Shown one piece after another: positions 32,713-42,699 of a DNA stretch of 64,000 nucleotides. The notes under the pieces were generated by a model, which made no database searches, was not told the origin of the DNA, and saw only the letters and a list, made by a program, of their open reading frames with translations. The stretch is taken from the NCBI GenBank assembly GCA_963850305.1, contig CAWKKR010000008.1:128001-192000 (forward strand), read 5' to 3'. Each line of letters starts with the position of its first letter. Position 1 is the stretch's first letter. The stretch is from an uncultured delta proteobacterium. GTDB lineage: Bacteria > Myxococcota_A > Polyangia > Polyangiales > Polyangiaceae. A program made the translations under genes and the position numbers.

Positions 32713-33540
32713 TCAAAGAGTCGGGGTGGCGCTCCAGGTGCCCACACAGGGGGTGGTGCCGTCCGTGATCCAGAACGCGCCGTCCAGCGCGTGCGTCGCG
32801 GGCTCGATCTGACCATCGAAGTTGCCGATTTGAGGAGTCGACGTGAGCGGCGGCACCGGCGCACCGGGCGCGTTCGCCGTCGCGTGGAAGGAACCGGTCA
32901 AACAGTCGAACTCGCCGGCGAAGAGGGACGAGAAAGAGAAACCGGTACCCGTCGCCGTCGCCGACGCGTCGTTGGTCACCAGAGTGAACGGACTGATTGG
33001 CGAAGCCTCCAGCGTGAACGTCACCGTCCCGGAGACGGGCGCCGGGACCGGCACCGTGGGAAGAGTGGAAGCCACTCCGGGCACGCCGGGGCCGCACGCG
33101 ATCGTCCCCGTGTAGCTGCCCGACGAGCAACCCGGGATTGGCGGAAATCCCGTCGTGCTTCCGCCGTCGGACGGCGGCGTCGTCTGCGATGGAGCGCCGC
33201 CGTCCGTACTCGGTGGTGGCGATCCGGACGGCTTCGACGAGGTCGTCGCGGGAGCTTGTGTCGTGTGCGTCGCGCCGCCGGTCCCCTTTTCCGCGGCGCC
33301 GGCACCGCCCGTGGAGGTCGCACCGCCCGCACCCGACGTGCCCCCGCCGCTCCTGCTGATACCCGCCGGACCAGTCGCCGCGGCACCATCCGCATCCGAA
33401 CCACCGGAGGCCAGATAGACTCCAACTTCGGCACTGCGACTCAGCGCGTCTGCACAGCCAACCACGAATATTGAGACCACACTGAACGCCGCCGGCGCGG
33501 CCAGGCGAAGACAACGCGAGGCCATCGTGCGGTTCGGCAT
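32713..33540 (-). CDS. Lipoprotein with Gly/Thr-rich linker and beta-rich C-domain
   Basis: Lipobox VVGC, CSSGSYTG.I.C, GEFDC.TG, C.GTWSA. Confidence 0.7.
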   Translation of the reverse strand: MPNRTMASRCLRLAAPAAFSVVSIFVVGCADALSRSAEVGVYLASGGSDADGAAATGPAGISRSGGGTSGAGGATSTGGAGAAEKGTGGATHTTQAPATTSSKPSGSPPPSTDGGAPSQTTPPSDGGSTTGFPPIPGCSSGSYTGTIACGPGVPGVASTLPTVPVPAPVSGTVTFTLEASPISPFTLVTNDASATATGTGFSFSSLFAGEFDCLTGSFHATANAPGAPVPPLTSTPQIGNFDGQIEPATHALDGAFWITDGTTPCVGTWSATPTL

Positions 33541-33806
33541 GCACCTGATTACATGCCCCTCACCTGCGCCGTCCGTGCGTGCCTTCCACACATTGAGCGC
33601 AATGGAAGGTTTCGTGTCGCTTTCGGTGAAGTGACGATCCGTACAATGTCGCGGTGCCCTTGCCAGCCTTGCCCCCCGCGGCTCGCTTGCGCGACCGCTC
33701 CCCCCGCCGTCTTCGGCGGGCTCGCTCCGCGCGCGGACCGTGAATCGGCTGGAGCAAACGGTTTCAGCCGTCACGGTGCGGTGCGACGCATGACGATGGG
33801 AATCCA

Positions 33807-34715
33807 TTGAGAGCCGAAGCAGGCGCCGTCCTTTGCGTCGCGCTGATGTCGCGTTCCGCCGCGGCTACCGCGAACGATTTACCGGTCGCCCTGACGTGGA
33901 GCGCGCCCGCTGCGTGTCCATCGGAGGCTGACGTGCTGGAGGCGATCCGGGCCTGGCTGAAGCCGGCGCTCGATGGCGCCGCCATGCGCACGATCCACGT
34001 CGTCGCTCGCGTGCATCCGGTGGCCGAGGGGTGGGAGCTCGAGCTGTCGATCGCGTCTCCGGGTGGAACCGGAGAACAGACGCTCATCGCGCAGCAATGC
34101 CGGACGCTCGCGGACGTCGTGGCGCTGAACGCGGCCCTGGCGACGAACCCCACCACGATGATCGGTGCGTTCCATCCGGCAGACGGCGCGTCGAACGGAC
34201 ACTGGCTCTTTGGGCTCCGGGCGGCAGGCGGCGCGGCGCTCGGGCCGCTGCCCGGACCCGTGACGCCCATCGGCGCCGTGTTTCTTTCCGTGGGCACACC
34301 GCACGCGCGCGTGGAGCTCGGCACGAGCTACTTCGCGACGCGCGAAGTCCGCTACGCGTCGCCGCACGAGATCGGAGCCACGCTGGATCTCCTCGCCGTC
34401 ATGCTCCGAGCTTGCGCGGTGCCGGCGGCCGGCGTCGTGCAGTTTCCGCTCTGCGCCGGGCTGGACCTTGGCGATTTGAGAGGGGTTGGTTTTGGCGGAT
34501 CGGAAAACGAGACTGCCGATTGGCTCTGGCTTGGGCTGGAGATGGGCCCGTCCGTGTCGGTGCCGATTGCTCGAAGGCTGTACGCCTCCCTCGAAGCCGA
34601 CGCCGGCCTCTCGGTGACGCGGCCGCGCTACTCCGTGCGGAACCTCGGTGTCCTCTATGACGTGGGGCCGGCGTCCGCGCGCGCCTGGGCGGGGCTGGAG
34701 TATCGGTTCCCATGA
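33807..34715 (+). CDS. Secreted/outer-membrane protein of an ECF sigma module
   Basis: Signal peptide, W.APAACP and C..LA..VAL motifs, amphipathic beta strands ending GLEYRFP. Overlaps the sigma ATG. Confidence 0.7.
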   Translation: MRAEAGAVLCVALMSRSAAATANDLPVALTWSAPAACPSEADVLEAIRAWLKPALDGAAMRTIHVVARVHPVAEGWELELSIASPGGTGEQTLIAQQCRTLADVVALNAALATNPTTMIGAFHPADGASNGHWLFGLRAAGGAALGPLPGPVTPIGAVFLSVGTPHARVELGTSYFATREVRYASPHEIGATLDLLAVMLRACAVPAAGVVQFPLCAGLDLGDLRGVGFGGSENETADWLWLGLEMGPSVSVPIARRLYASLEADAGLSVTRPRYSVRNLGVLYDVGPASARAWAGLEYRFP

Positions 34716-35296
34716 CGGATTTCGCGCGACCCGGGCATCTTGCAGGTGGCGTGGAGCAATCCGTCGCCCCATCGAACACTGAACGGCCGGCGTCCGCCGA
34801 GGACTCGGCCAGATTCTCGGAGATCTTCAGAAGCCATGCCGACTTCGTCTGGCGCGCCCTCATCCGGCACGGCGTGCGCCGTGCCGACGCCGAGGACGCG
34901 ACCCAGGAAGTCTTCCTCGTGGTTCACCGGAAGCTCTCCGCGTACGAAGAGCGCGGCACGCTCCGCGCGTGGCTGTTCGCGATTGCACGGCAAGTGGCGA
35001 GTCACTACCGCCGTTCGGAAGCGCGCATCGAGCGGAAGACCGAGGCCTTGATGCACGCCGCCCCCGCGAAAGTCGACCCGCACGATGCGGCCGAGCGCGC
35101 CGAGGCGGCGGCGCTGGTCCGAGCGTTCCTCGACGGTCTCGACGACGCTCACGCGGCCGTCTTCTACCTCGCCGAGGTGGAGGGGTTGACGGCCCCGGAG
35201 GTCGCGACCGCGACGGACACCAACCTCAACACCGTTTACGGCCGGCTGCGCGTGGCGCGCAGGCGGTTCGAAGAAATGCTGTCGCGACGGCCATGA
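34712..35296 (+). CDS. ECF RNA polymerase sigma factor
   Basis: Region 2 DAEDATQEVF...RAWLFAIAR. Region 4 EGLTAPEVA....NTVYGRLRVAR. Confidence 0.95.
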   Translation: MTDFARPGHLAGGVEQSVAPSNTERPASAEDSARFSEIFRSHADFVWRALIRHGVRRADAEDATQEVFLVVHRKLSAYEERGTLRAWLFAIARQVASHYRRSEARIERKTEALMHAAPAKVDPHDAAERAEAAALVRAFLDGLDDAHAAVFYLAEVEGLTAPEVATATDTNLNTVYGRLRVARRRFEEMLSRRP

Positions 35297-36207
35297 CCGA
35301 CGAACTGCCGCCCCTGTCGTCGCACGCGCGTCGCGTGCTCGAGCACGCTCGCGCCGCGGACCCGCTCGATGCCCTGACCCGCGCGCGGATCGAGCGAGCC
35401 CTCGAGGCGCGCCTCGCGGGCGGGCACGTGCCAAAAGTCGGGCCGCGGAGTGTCGCGCCGAAGATTGCGGGCGGCATCGCCGGGAAAGCAGCGTTCGGGG
35501 TCTTGCTCGCGGCGGCGGCCACCTGGGGAACGTACGAACATTTCAAGACAGGCGCCATCGACAGGACGATGCCGGCGCCCGCCGTCGCGCCGGCATCCGT
35601 GGCGGTTCGCACCCCGGTGCACGCGGGCGTCCAGGTGGAACCGTCCACGACAAAGGCGCACCAGCAAACCCCGCAAGCCGTGGAAGCTCCGGCCGAGAGT
35701 GCTCCGGCGAAGGCCCATGCGGTTGCCGTGCCCGGCGCAGGCTCGGGTGCGGCACACATGACTACTTCAGTGGCCACTCATGTCGAGCTCGCTGGATCCG
35801 ACAGAGCGGCCGCCGACCAGGGTTCTCCGACGGCCGTCGCGGCGACAGCTACAGACACCGAAGCGACGCCGAGCGGCTCGCCTGCCGGCATCGCTCGCGA
35901 CACACCGGAGCCGACGGGCGCCGCGGAACCGACGCCCGACGGCGTGGCGGAAGAGCTCGCGTTCTTGAAGCGGGCGCAGGCGGCGTTGAACGCCGGCGAC
36001 CCGCAAGCTGCCCTCGCCGCTCTCCGTGCGCACCAGGAGCGCTTTCCCCACGGGAAATTGAACGAGGCGTGCGAAGTGGAGCGGATCGTCGCGCTCTGCG
36101 CGGCCGGTGAGAAGAGCGCCTCGCGTCGAGCCGCGGAGCGGTTTCTCAACGCCAGCCCCGGCTCGCCTTTCGCCGACCGTGTGCGGAGTACGTGCGCCGC
36201 GGAGTGA
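35293..36207 (+). CDS. Putative anti-sigma factor (TM helix, Pro/Ala linker, TPR-like C-terminus)
   Basis: Coupled to the sigma stop. C-terminal EELAFLKRAQAAL...RFPHG.L..ACE...FL...PGSP. Confidence 0.75.
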   Translation: MTDELPPLSSHARRVLEHARAADPLDALTRARIERALEARLAGGHVPKVGPRSVAPKIAGGIAGKAAFGVLLAAAATWGTYEHFKTGAIDRTMPAPAVAPASVAVRTPVHAGVQVEPSTTKAHQQTPQAVEAPAESAPAKAHAVAVPGAGSGAAHMTTSVATHVELAGSDRAAADQGSPTAVAATATDTEATPSGSPAGIARDTPEPTGAAEPTPDGVAEELAFLKRAQAALNAGDPQAALAALRAHQERFPHGKLNEACEVERIVALCAAGEKSASRRAAERFLNASPGSPFADRVRSTCAAE

Positions 36208-36271
36208 GCTCCGCCCTCGGCGGCGCGACGTGACCCCACCTGGATGACCCCAGCCGAGTACCGGTTCGGCC

Positions 36272-36820
36272 TCAGCCGCCGAGGAGCATGTCGACGCGGC
36301 GATCTTTCGACCAACCCGCCTCGTCCGTGCCCGTGGCGTCGAGCGCGCCTCGTGAGCTCGTCGTCATCCGCTGCGACGGTAGACCCTCGGCAGCGATGAA
36401 GGAACGCACGTTGTCGGCACGGTGCCCGCCGAGAACCATGTTGTACTCGGCCTCGCCGCGCGGATCGGCATGACCGACCAGCTTCATCTCCTTGCCGGCG
36501 AGGGGTCCGCTCAGGAAGCAGCGAGCAACCTTCCCCAGGATGTCATGGTCGTGATGGGTCACGCTGGCAGAGTTGAACGCAAAGTATGCGTCGTCGGTCG
36601 ACAGACCACAGGCCTTCCTGATGTCGTCCGAGATCGAGATCTGTGATTGCGATGGATCATCCCCTGGTTTCTGGGCGGGTTGAGCCGTCGCCTCGGTGGT
36701 CGGGGGAGACGGGCTCACCGGGGGTTCCTTCACCGTGGAGCTGCAACCGCCGAGGAGTCCAATCAGTGCCAAAGATGGAATGATTCGGATCATCATGATG
36801 ATTTTGTCCTTCTCGTTCAA
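36272..36820 (-). CDS. OmpA/Pal-like peptidoglycan-binding lipoprotein
   Basis: Lipobox LGGC, GHADPRG..EYNMVLG..RA, DRRVD. Confidence 0.9.
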   Translation of the reverse strand: MNEKDKIIMMIRIIPSLALIGLLGGCSSTVKEPPVSPSPPTTEATAQPAQKPGDDPSQSQISISDDIRKACGLSTDDAYFAFNSASVTHHDHDILGKVARCFLSGPLAGKEMKLVGHADPRGEAEYNMVLGGHRADNVRSFIAAEGLPSQRMTTSSRGALDATGTDEAGWSKDRRVDMLLGG

Positions 36821-36900
36821 CGGGGCAGCGCCATTCTCTGGCGCCGCACCCTGCCCACATCAACCAGTGGATGGGCAGGACCATTCCAACTAGTTTGGGC

Positions 36901-38817
36901 TCAAAGCTTAATTGGTTCGGGTCGCGGTTTAGATCGGGTGCAAGAAAAAGGCCAGAGGAAGCAACGTCGGAGCTCAGGGGAAAGGGCGCGCCACTGCTGG
37001 GGCTTCTGCTCGCCGAGCCTGCGGGTGTGAGCGGAAAGGATGTCGCTCCGGGTCAGCAGGCCGACGACCTTGGTCGCGTCTTCTGGCGAAACGACAGGCA
37101 GGCGTCCGATGCCTTCGGACACCATGAGGTCTGCGGCTTCCCGGAGCGAGCTGGTCTGCAGCGCGACGGCGAGAGGCCGGCGGACGAGAGCCCTCACGGG
37201 AGTCGTTGCGGTGACGTCGGTATCCAGCACGTCGCGCCGCGTGAGAACGCCGACGAGTGTGCCCGCGGCGTCGACGAGCGGAAACCCTTGGTGGCGGGTC
37301 CCCGGGGCCAGCGAGTGGAGCCACTCCCGGACCTTCTCGAGCGAGTCATCCGCGGCGATCGCGATGACCACGCGCGAGGCCACTTCTCCCACCAGCACCT
37401 GGTCCAGAAAATCGGCCGCGTATTCGCTCGGAACGCGCACCCCTCGACGCACGATCTTCTCCGTCATGATCGTGTTCGGCATCAGGTAGCAGGAGACCAG
37501 ATGAGCAGCCGCGCAGCCGCCGAGTAACGGCAGGAGCCCGAGCGGCTGAAGCGTCGTCTCGAATGCGAATACAACCGAGGCCAGGACGGCGCGCGACGCT
37601 CCGGCGAACATCGCGGCCATGCCGACGAGCCCGGCGATGCGCGGATCCACGCCGGCTCCGGGCGCGACGGCCACGATCAGCGCGCCGAGCGACGCGCCCA
37701 GACCGCCGCCGATCGTGAAGAGCGGCGCGAGCGTGCCGCCGGACGTTCCGCTGCCGAGCGAGATCACCCAGGACACGAACTTCAGGACGAACAGCACGAC
37801 GAGCGCCTTGCCCGCGAGCTCACCCGAGAGCAGATGCGCGATGTTGTCGTAACCGACACCCATCGTACGCGGCGCGAAGTAACCGACGATGCCGACGGCA
37901 ATGGCGCCGAGCGCGGGCCACCACATCCAGTGCACCGGAAGCTTCTCGAACAGGTCCTCGACCAGATACACGGCACGCGTGACGTAAACGGCGACGAGGC
38001 CGACGACGGCGCCGAGGATGACATAGCTGGCGAGCGCCCACCCGCTCGGCTGCGCGAGATTCGGCATCGCGAACAGCGGTGCCGTGCCGGAGAAGGCCAT
38101 CCTCACGGCGGCCGCGACGACACTCGCCAGCGCGACGGGGATCATGGAGCGCGCGCGAAACTCGAAGAGCAACAGCTCGACCGCGAGCAACACGGCCGAC
38201 ACCGGGCTGCCGAAGGTCGCGGCCATCCCGGCGGCCGCGCCCGCGGCGAGCAACGTTTTACGTTCCCCGGCGCTCGTCCGGAGCACCTGGCCGACGACCG
38301 AACCCAACGCGCCGCCCGTCGCGATGATGGGTCCCTCTGCCCCGAATGGACCCCCGGTGCCGATCGCTATCGCGGCGGAGAGAGGCTTGAGAAAGGTGAC
38401 GCGCGCAGGGATCCGGCTTTCGTTCGTCAGTACCTGCTCCATCGCTTCGGGAATGCCGTGGCCCCGGATCGCCTTGGACCCGTAGCGCGCCATGATCCCG
38501 ACGATGACGCCGCCCAGCACGGGGACGCCGATGACGAGCCATCCGAGGTGATGGTCTGCCGGTGAGACCGGCAAGAACGAAACACGACCCAGGAAAGACA
38601 GGTTCGTGACGAGCGCGATGAGCGCCATCAGCGCTTGCGCGATGAACCCCGAGACCAGGCCCAGACCGACGGCCAGGCAGGTGATGAAGGCAACCCTCCG
38701 ATCGACGACAGCAGTCGCGACCGGAAAGCGAATGCCCGAAAGGGTCGGACCGAGCGAAGGGGAGACGGGCAGTCCGCCGACCGTCGCGGCGGCCGTCGGT
38801 TCAGGGTGATGTCTCAT
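36901..38817 (-). CDS. ClC-family channel/transporter with CBS domains
   Basis: GHGIPE, GAEGP, GAAAGMAATF, GTSGGTLAP, and two CBS repeats (HQGFPLVD, GRLPVV). Confidence 0.92.
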   Translation of the reverse strand: MRHHPEPTAAATVGGLPVSPSLGPTLSGIRFPVATAVVDRRVAFITCLAVGLGLVSGFIAQALMALIALVTNLSFLGRVSFLPVSPADHHLGWLVIGVPVLGGVIVGIMARYGSKAIRGHGIPEAMEQVLTNESRIPARVTFLKPLSAAIAIGTGGPFGAEGPIIATGGALGSVVGQVLRTSAGERKTLLAAGAAAGMAATFGSPVSAVLLAVELLLFEFRARSMIPVALASVVAAAVRMAFSGTAPLFAMPNLAQPSGWALASYVILGAVVGLVAVYVTRAVYLVEDLFEKLPVHWMWWPALGAIAVGIVGYFAPRTMGVGYDNIAHLLSGELAGKALVVLFVLKFVSWVISLGSGTSGGTLAPLFTIGGGLGASLGALIVAVAPGAGVDPRIAGLVGMAAMFAGASRAVLASVVFAFETTLQPLGLLPLLGGCAAAHLVSCYLMPNTIMTEKIVRRGVRVPSEYAADFLDQVLVGEVASRVVIAIAADDSLEKVREWLHSLAPGTRHQGFPLVDAAGTLVGVLTRRDVLDTDVTATTPVRALVRRPLAVALQTSSLREAADLMVSEGIGRLPVVSPEDATKVVGLLTRSDILSAHTRRLGEQKPQQWRALSPELRRCFLWPFSCTRSKPRPEPIKL

Positions 38818-39353
38818 GGGTTCTTGTCGCGCGATTTCCGGGTGGGAGCCCGGCGCGAGCTCGGACGTCGCTCCTCGAAGAAGAGCGCCGGGCGCCGCTC
38901 CGATGGCCGAACCGCGTCGGCCAGCCTGGTCAGGGTGCGGGCGAGACTCTTCCGGTCCTTGCTCGACAACGTCGAGAGGCCGGCGATGAGCCGCTCCTGG
39001 GCGACTTCCGGCGCCTTCGCCAGGAGCGTTCGACCTCGCCCGGTGATCGACAGCTCGAGTCGTCTGCTGTCTTCCTTGGAGCGCGTGCGCTGCACGAGCT
39101 TGCGCTCGACCAGCTTCTCCACCACCACCGAGACCGAGCTCTGGTGCGTGGCCGTGCGCTCGGCGAGTTCGTTCAACGACCAGGCGCGGGCGCGCGTCAG
39201 GGTCCGGAGGACGAACAGCTGCGCGCCACTGATCCGGAGATCCTGCTCGGCGGCGCGGGAGGAGAGTCGAAGGGCCTGCACGATTCGACGGATGGCATCC
39301 AGGACCGCGCGCGCCTCGTCCGGAGGAGCCTTTGCTGATGTATGGGATACCAT
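38814..39353 (-). CDS. MarR-family regulator
   Basis: ISGAQLFVL, LAERTATHQSSVS, EDSRR..LSIT.RG. Stop overlaps the ClC start. Confidence 0.92.
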   Translation of the reverse strand: MVSHTSAKAPPDEARAVLDAIRRIVQALRLSSRAAEQDLRISGAQLFVLRTLTRARAWSLNELAERTATHQSSVSVVVEKLVERKLVQRTRSKEDSRRLELSITGRGRTLLAKAPEVAQERLIAGLSTLSSKDRKSLARTLTRLADAVRPSERRPALFFEERRPSSRRAPTRKSRDKNP

Positions 39354-39355
39354 AC
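39340..39355. promoter_or_regulatory. Putative MarR operator palindrome overlapping the marR start codon
   Basis: GTATGG-GATA-CCATAC inverted repeat. Confidence 0.55.
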
Positions 39356-39491
39356 GATCCGGACGCACGAATGACACCGGTCGGCCCCCGATGCAAGCCC
39401 CGGAGTCTCTGGCCCGGCGAAACCGAGGGTTTCAGTCCACGCAGCGACGTGGACCACGGGGTTCGGCCCTCGTCCCCGCCCGAATCCCGCT

Positions 39492-40868
39492 CTATCGTTT
39501 CGGATGGGCGCGGAAGAACTTCATCACTTCTTCCCCCCAGTTGAACGAACACTGGTCGTTGCACCCGAAGGAGATGAGCTGGTCCGGCTGAATCACCGTT
39601 TGCGCCGACGGTGTCGGTGTCTGATCGGTACTCCCCGGGTAGCAGTGGCCATCGAGCGCGACGCCGAGAAACGAGGACGACGTCTCGTACTGGTGCCAGA
39701 TGTACTCGAACGGCACGCCCTGCGGGTTCAGGTACCGCGTGCGCGTGTACGTCGCGTCACCCGCGATCTGCTTGCCGGGACCGAGCTCGAGCGCGGGGAA
39801 GACGTTCGATTTGAGCCATTCGTCGGCGCACGTCGGATCGACCAGGCCATCCTTGGCGCCTTGCACATAGAGCACGGGAATGTCGTGCGCGGGCACGTCC
39901 GCGCCGGCCTCGCCGCCGCTGAAACGGCACGCGACCTCGGGGGGTGTGATGCCCAGGTTTGCCAGGTTCGCGCATTGATAGGCGGCGGCGCCTGGCGCAA
40001 TGGACGCGAGCAGGTCCGAGTGCATGCAGAACCAGCGCCAGGTCATGTACCCGCCCTCGGAGAAGCCGGTCATGTGGATGCGGTTCTTGTCGGCGTGAAA
40101 CGCCTTCATGACCTGCGTGAGGATGTCGAGCACGCGAGTGTCGTCCGCGGGCGCGCCGGGCGCGTCCGCGACGAAGAGCCGCTGATTCAAGAGGGTTGGG
40201 TTCTGGAGCGCGTTCGGTTGAATGACGATGTAGTTGTACTCGAGCCCGAGCGCGCTCATGTTCGTGTTCTTGTCCTCCATCTGCGAGCTCATCATGCCGC
40301 CGTGGACGTCGATGATGACACCGCACGCCGTCTTCGTGCATTGCTCGGGGACGGTGATGACGTCGATGGTGGTGTCGCAGTTGACCTGATGAACGCCAGG
40401 CTTGAGATCGGCAGAGTCGAGGCAGCCGACCGGGATCGGCGCTGGCACGGGTGGCCCGGTGACGGAACCGTCGTCGCTGGCGTCGATCGCCACCGGACCC
40501 GCCTCGGGACCTGCGCTCACGTCAATCGACGCGTCGTGACTCGCGCTCGCGGCGTCCTTCGACGCGTCCTGTTCGTGTTCGGACGCGTCGCGAACGCCTG
40601 CATCCACGGCCCTCGCGCCCGCGGCGCCGCCCGCCGAATACGAGCCGCCCGCCGAATACGAGCCGCCCGCTGAATACGTGCCGCCTGCCCCGACGGTCTG
40701 AACGCCGCCCGACCCAGTGCCGCCTGCCGCGACGAGCGCGCCGCCGGAGCCATACGGGTACGCGCCCCCACTCGCGCCCGAGCCGCCACCGGCCGTGTTA
40801 CCCGACGAGCAGGCGATGACGCTCGCGGCCGTGACATAGAGCGCGATCGCTTTCCGCGGACGCATCAT
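39492..40868 (-). CDS. Lipoprotein alpha/beta-hydrolase (PHB depolymerase/LpqC-like esterase)
   Basis: Lipobox VIAC, DVHG, GFSEGG (GxSxG), GAKD, GHCYPG. Confidence 0.8.
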   Translation of the reverse strand: MMRPRKAIALYVTAASVIACSSGNTAGGGSGASGGAYPYGSGGALVAAGGTGSGGVQTVGAGGTYSAGGSYSAGGSYSAGGAAGARAVDAGVRDASEHEQDASKDAASASHDASIDVSAGPEAGPVAIDASDDGSVTGPPVPAPIPVGCLDSADLKPGVHQVNCDTTIDVITVPEQCTKTACGVIIDVHGGMMSSQMEDKNTNMSALGLEYNYIVIQPNALQNPTLLNQRLFVADAPGAPADDTRVLDILTQVMKAFHADKNRIHMTGFSEGGYMTWRWFCMHSDLLASIAPGAAAYQCANLANLGITPPEVACRFSGGEAGADVPAHDIPVLYVQGAKDGLVDPTCADEWLKSNVFPALELGPGKQIAGDATYTRTRYLNPQGVPFEYIWHQYETSSSFLGVALDGHCYPGSTDQTPTPSAQTVIQPDQLISFGCNDQCSFNWGEEVMKFFRAHPKR

Positions 40869-40937
40869 GGGGGCCTCGGAGCATAGCAGAGCTCGAGCGG
40901 TGCCGGTTCCTCTACGCTGAAACCGGGGCGGGCAGAC

Positions 40938-41816
40938 TCAGGGAGTGCCGAGCCATGGGGCCACGCGGACGACGTCGCATTCGAGTTCACAACTCTCCTT
41001 GTCGCCGGCGCACGCGCGATGCATGCACGGCGCGCCGGGAGGACAAGCACGCTGCTCGGCTTCGCAGCTCCGAGCGTCTTCGGCGCACGCTGTCCGGCAT
41101 TTCTTCGCGCCAGGACCGGAGTTCACGAGCGTACGCGTCGCCACGACGGCGCCGTGCGCGTACTTCTGCGTTTCGTAGCTCGGCGGCCCCATGTCCCAGG
41201 TCATGCGGATCCATGTGCCGACGCGCACGCCGTGCGCGAACACGCCGCGCTCCGCGTGTCCTCCGGGAAGCGACCCGGACGAGTCCATCGCGATCGAGGC
41301 GTACGGCCCGTCGAGCTCCCCCGTCACCGACCGACAGGCGACCTCGCCGTACCCGGCGCTGCGAGTATCGCTCCGCGCATCGCCCGCCGGGCACCGCGCA
41401 AGACCGAAGAACGGATTCGGGATCGAGTCGATCGACGTGATGTGTGCGCTGTGAGAGGTGATGGAGATCGAACGCGGCTCCGACGCGAGGTCTCTTGTCG
41501 GGGGGCTCACCGGAGGGAGCGGCGCGACTGGAGCCGTCGCACTCGTAACCGGTGAAGCCGTTGCTGCGACGGTCGGCGCCGGAGCCACCGCGGATGAGGC
41601 GGGCACGGGTGGGACGGGCGGTTGCGAAGCGCCGGACGCCGAAACCGCCGGAGTGACGATGGGGGCCCCGCCGGCATCAGGCGAGGAACCCGGCGTGGCA
41701 AGATCGGACCCCACACCGCCGGGAGGCAACATCGGTGGATTCGGCGCGCAGCCAATGACGAGCGCAGCCGTCATCGCCCACGGGAGTCCGGAGCGGCGTG
41801 AAGCTTCCGAGGACAT
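40938..41816 (-). CDS. Pro-rich lipoprotein with Cys-rich C-terminus
   Basis: Lipobox VIGC, P/A/S linker, G...G.W motifs, terminal Cys-patterned helices. Confidence 0.6.
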   Translation of the reverse strand: MSSEASRRSGLPWAMTAALVIGCAPNPPMLPPGGVGSDLATPGSSPDAGGAPIVTPAVSASGASQPPVPPVPASSAVAPAPTVAATASPVTSATAPVAPLPPVSPPTRDLASEPRSISITSHSAHITSIDSIPNPFFGLARCPAGDARSDTRSAGYGEVACRSVTGELDGPYASIAMDSSGSLPGGHAERGVFAHGVRVGTWIRMTWDMGPPSYETQKYAHGAVVATRTLVNSGPGAKKCRTACAEDARSCEAEQRACPPGAPCMHRACAGDKESCELECDVVRVAPWLGTP

Positions 41817-41965
41817 TTGCGCGAATGCTACTGGATGTGCGCCTTGGCCGACTCTCCAAAGCGAACGCGAGGAAAGGCGCATCGAGAGACGGATGCGGAT
41901 CATAATCCGTCGATGCGACCGAACTGGTTCTTCGCGTTCCCCTGCCCGGCTGGGAGGATGAAATC

Positions 41966-42003
41966 GTGACACGGGGAGTCCACCCCGGGACTCCCCGTGT
42001 CAC
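41966..42003 (-). terminator. Perfect 16-bp stem-loop downstream of the 42020-42634 gene
   Basis: GTGACACGGGGAGTCC-ACCCCG-GGACTCCCCGTGTCAC, 16 nt past the stop. Only a weak U-tract follows. Confidence 0.7.
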
Positions 42004-42019
42004 TTCGACCACATCAGTC

Positions 42020-42634
42020 TCAATGCGCGGCCCCGTTCACCAATTGGGTGGATACTCCGTCAGTCGGAGTTGCCACTACGGGTGATGGGGCGGCCGTGGG
42101 GGCGGCCGTGGAGGCGGCGATCGGAGCGACGGTCGCAGGCGGCGACACGACGGGCCCGGTCGCGGGCGGCGACACGACGGGCCCGGTCGCGGGCGGCGAC
42201 GCGGGCACGCCGTGGATCGCAGCGCGCTGGCGCTTGCCCATCGTATGACGGGCGACACGCGTCGCGAGCTGTTTCTCCACCGCGGAGGCCTTCGTCTCCA
42301 CCGTCCGGATCCCTTGCTTCTTCGGCGTGAAGCCGAAGGAGGCAAACTCCGGACTCTTCTCCCCGTACTGCCCGGCCGCGTAATTCCGGATCCCCGAGAG
42401 GATCGGCGTCACTGCGGCTTTCTGCGACTTCTCCTGGGCGACGAGCTGCGCGACTTTCGCGTGCGCGTCGCTCAAGGAGTTCATCGTGTCCACGTGAGCT
42501 TGAAGCTGCGTTTGCAGATCCTTGCTCGCCGTGGGCTGGCCTCCTACGGGGAGGTTGGCGTCGGGCGTGAGCTTGGCGAGTGCCGCGATCACGGTCTCCT
42601 CCTGTTTGATGACGAGATTTCTTTGCTGTGACAT
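42020..42634 (-). CDS. Hypothetical alpha-helical protein with basic C-terminal motif
   Basis: AAAGGA SD. YGEKSPEFASFGFTPKK...LATRVARHTMGKRQR followed by SPPATGPVV repeats. Confidence 0.8.
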   Translation of the reverse strand: MSQQRNLVIKQEETVIAALAKLTPDANLPVGGQPTASKDLQTQLQAHVDTMNSLSDAHAKVAQLVAQEKSQKAAVTPILSGIRNYAAGQYGEKSPEFASFGFTPKKQGIRTVETKASAVEKQLATRVARHTMGKRQRAAIHGVPASPPATGPVVSPPATGPVVSPPATVAPIAASTAAPTAAPSPVVATPTDGVSTQLVNGAAH

Positions 42635-42699
42635 GACTGTGTTCCTTTGTTGTGGTGACCGTGATTGGTCACACCGCCCCCCATACAAACTGCGGGCCA

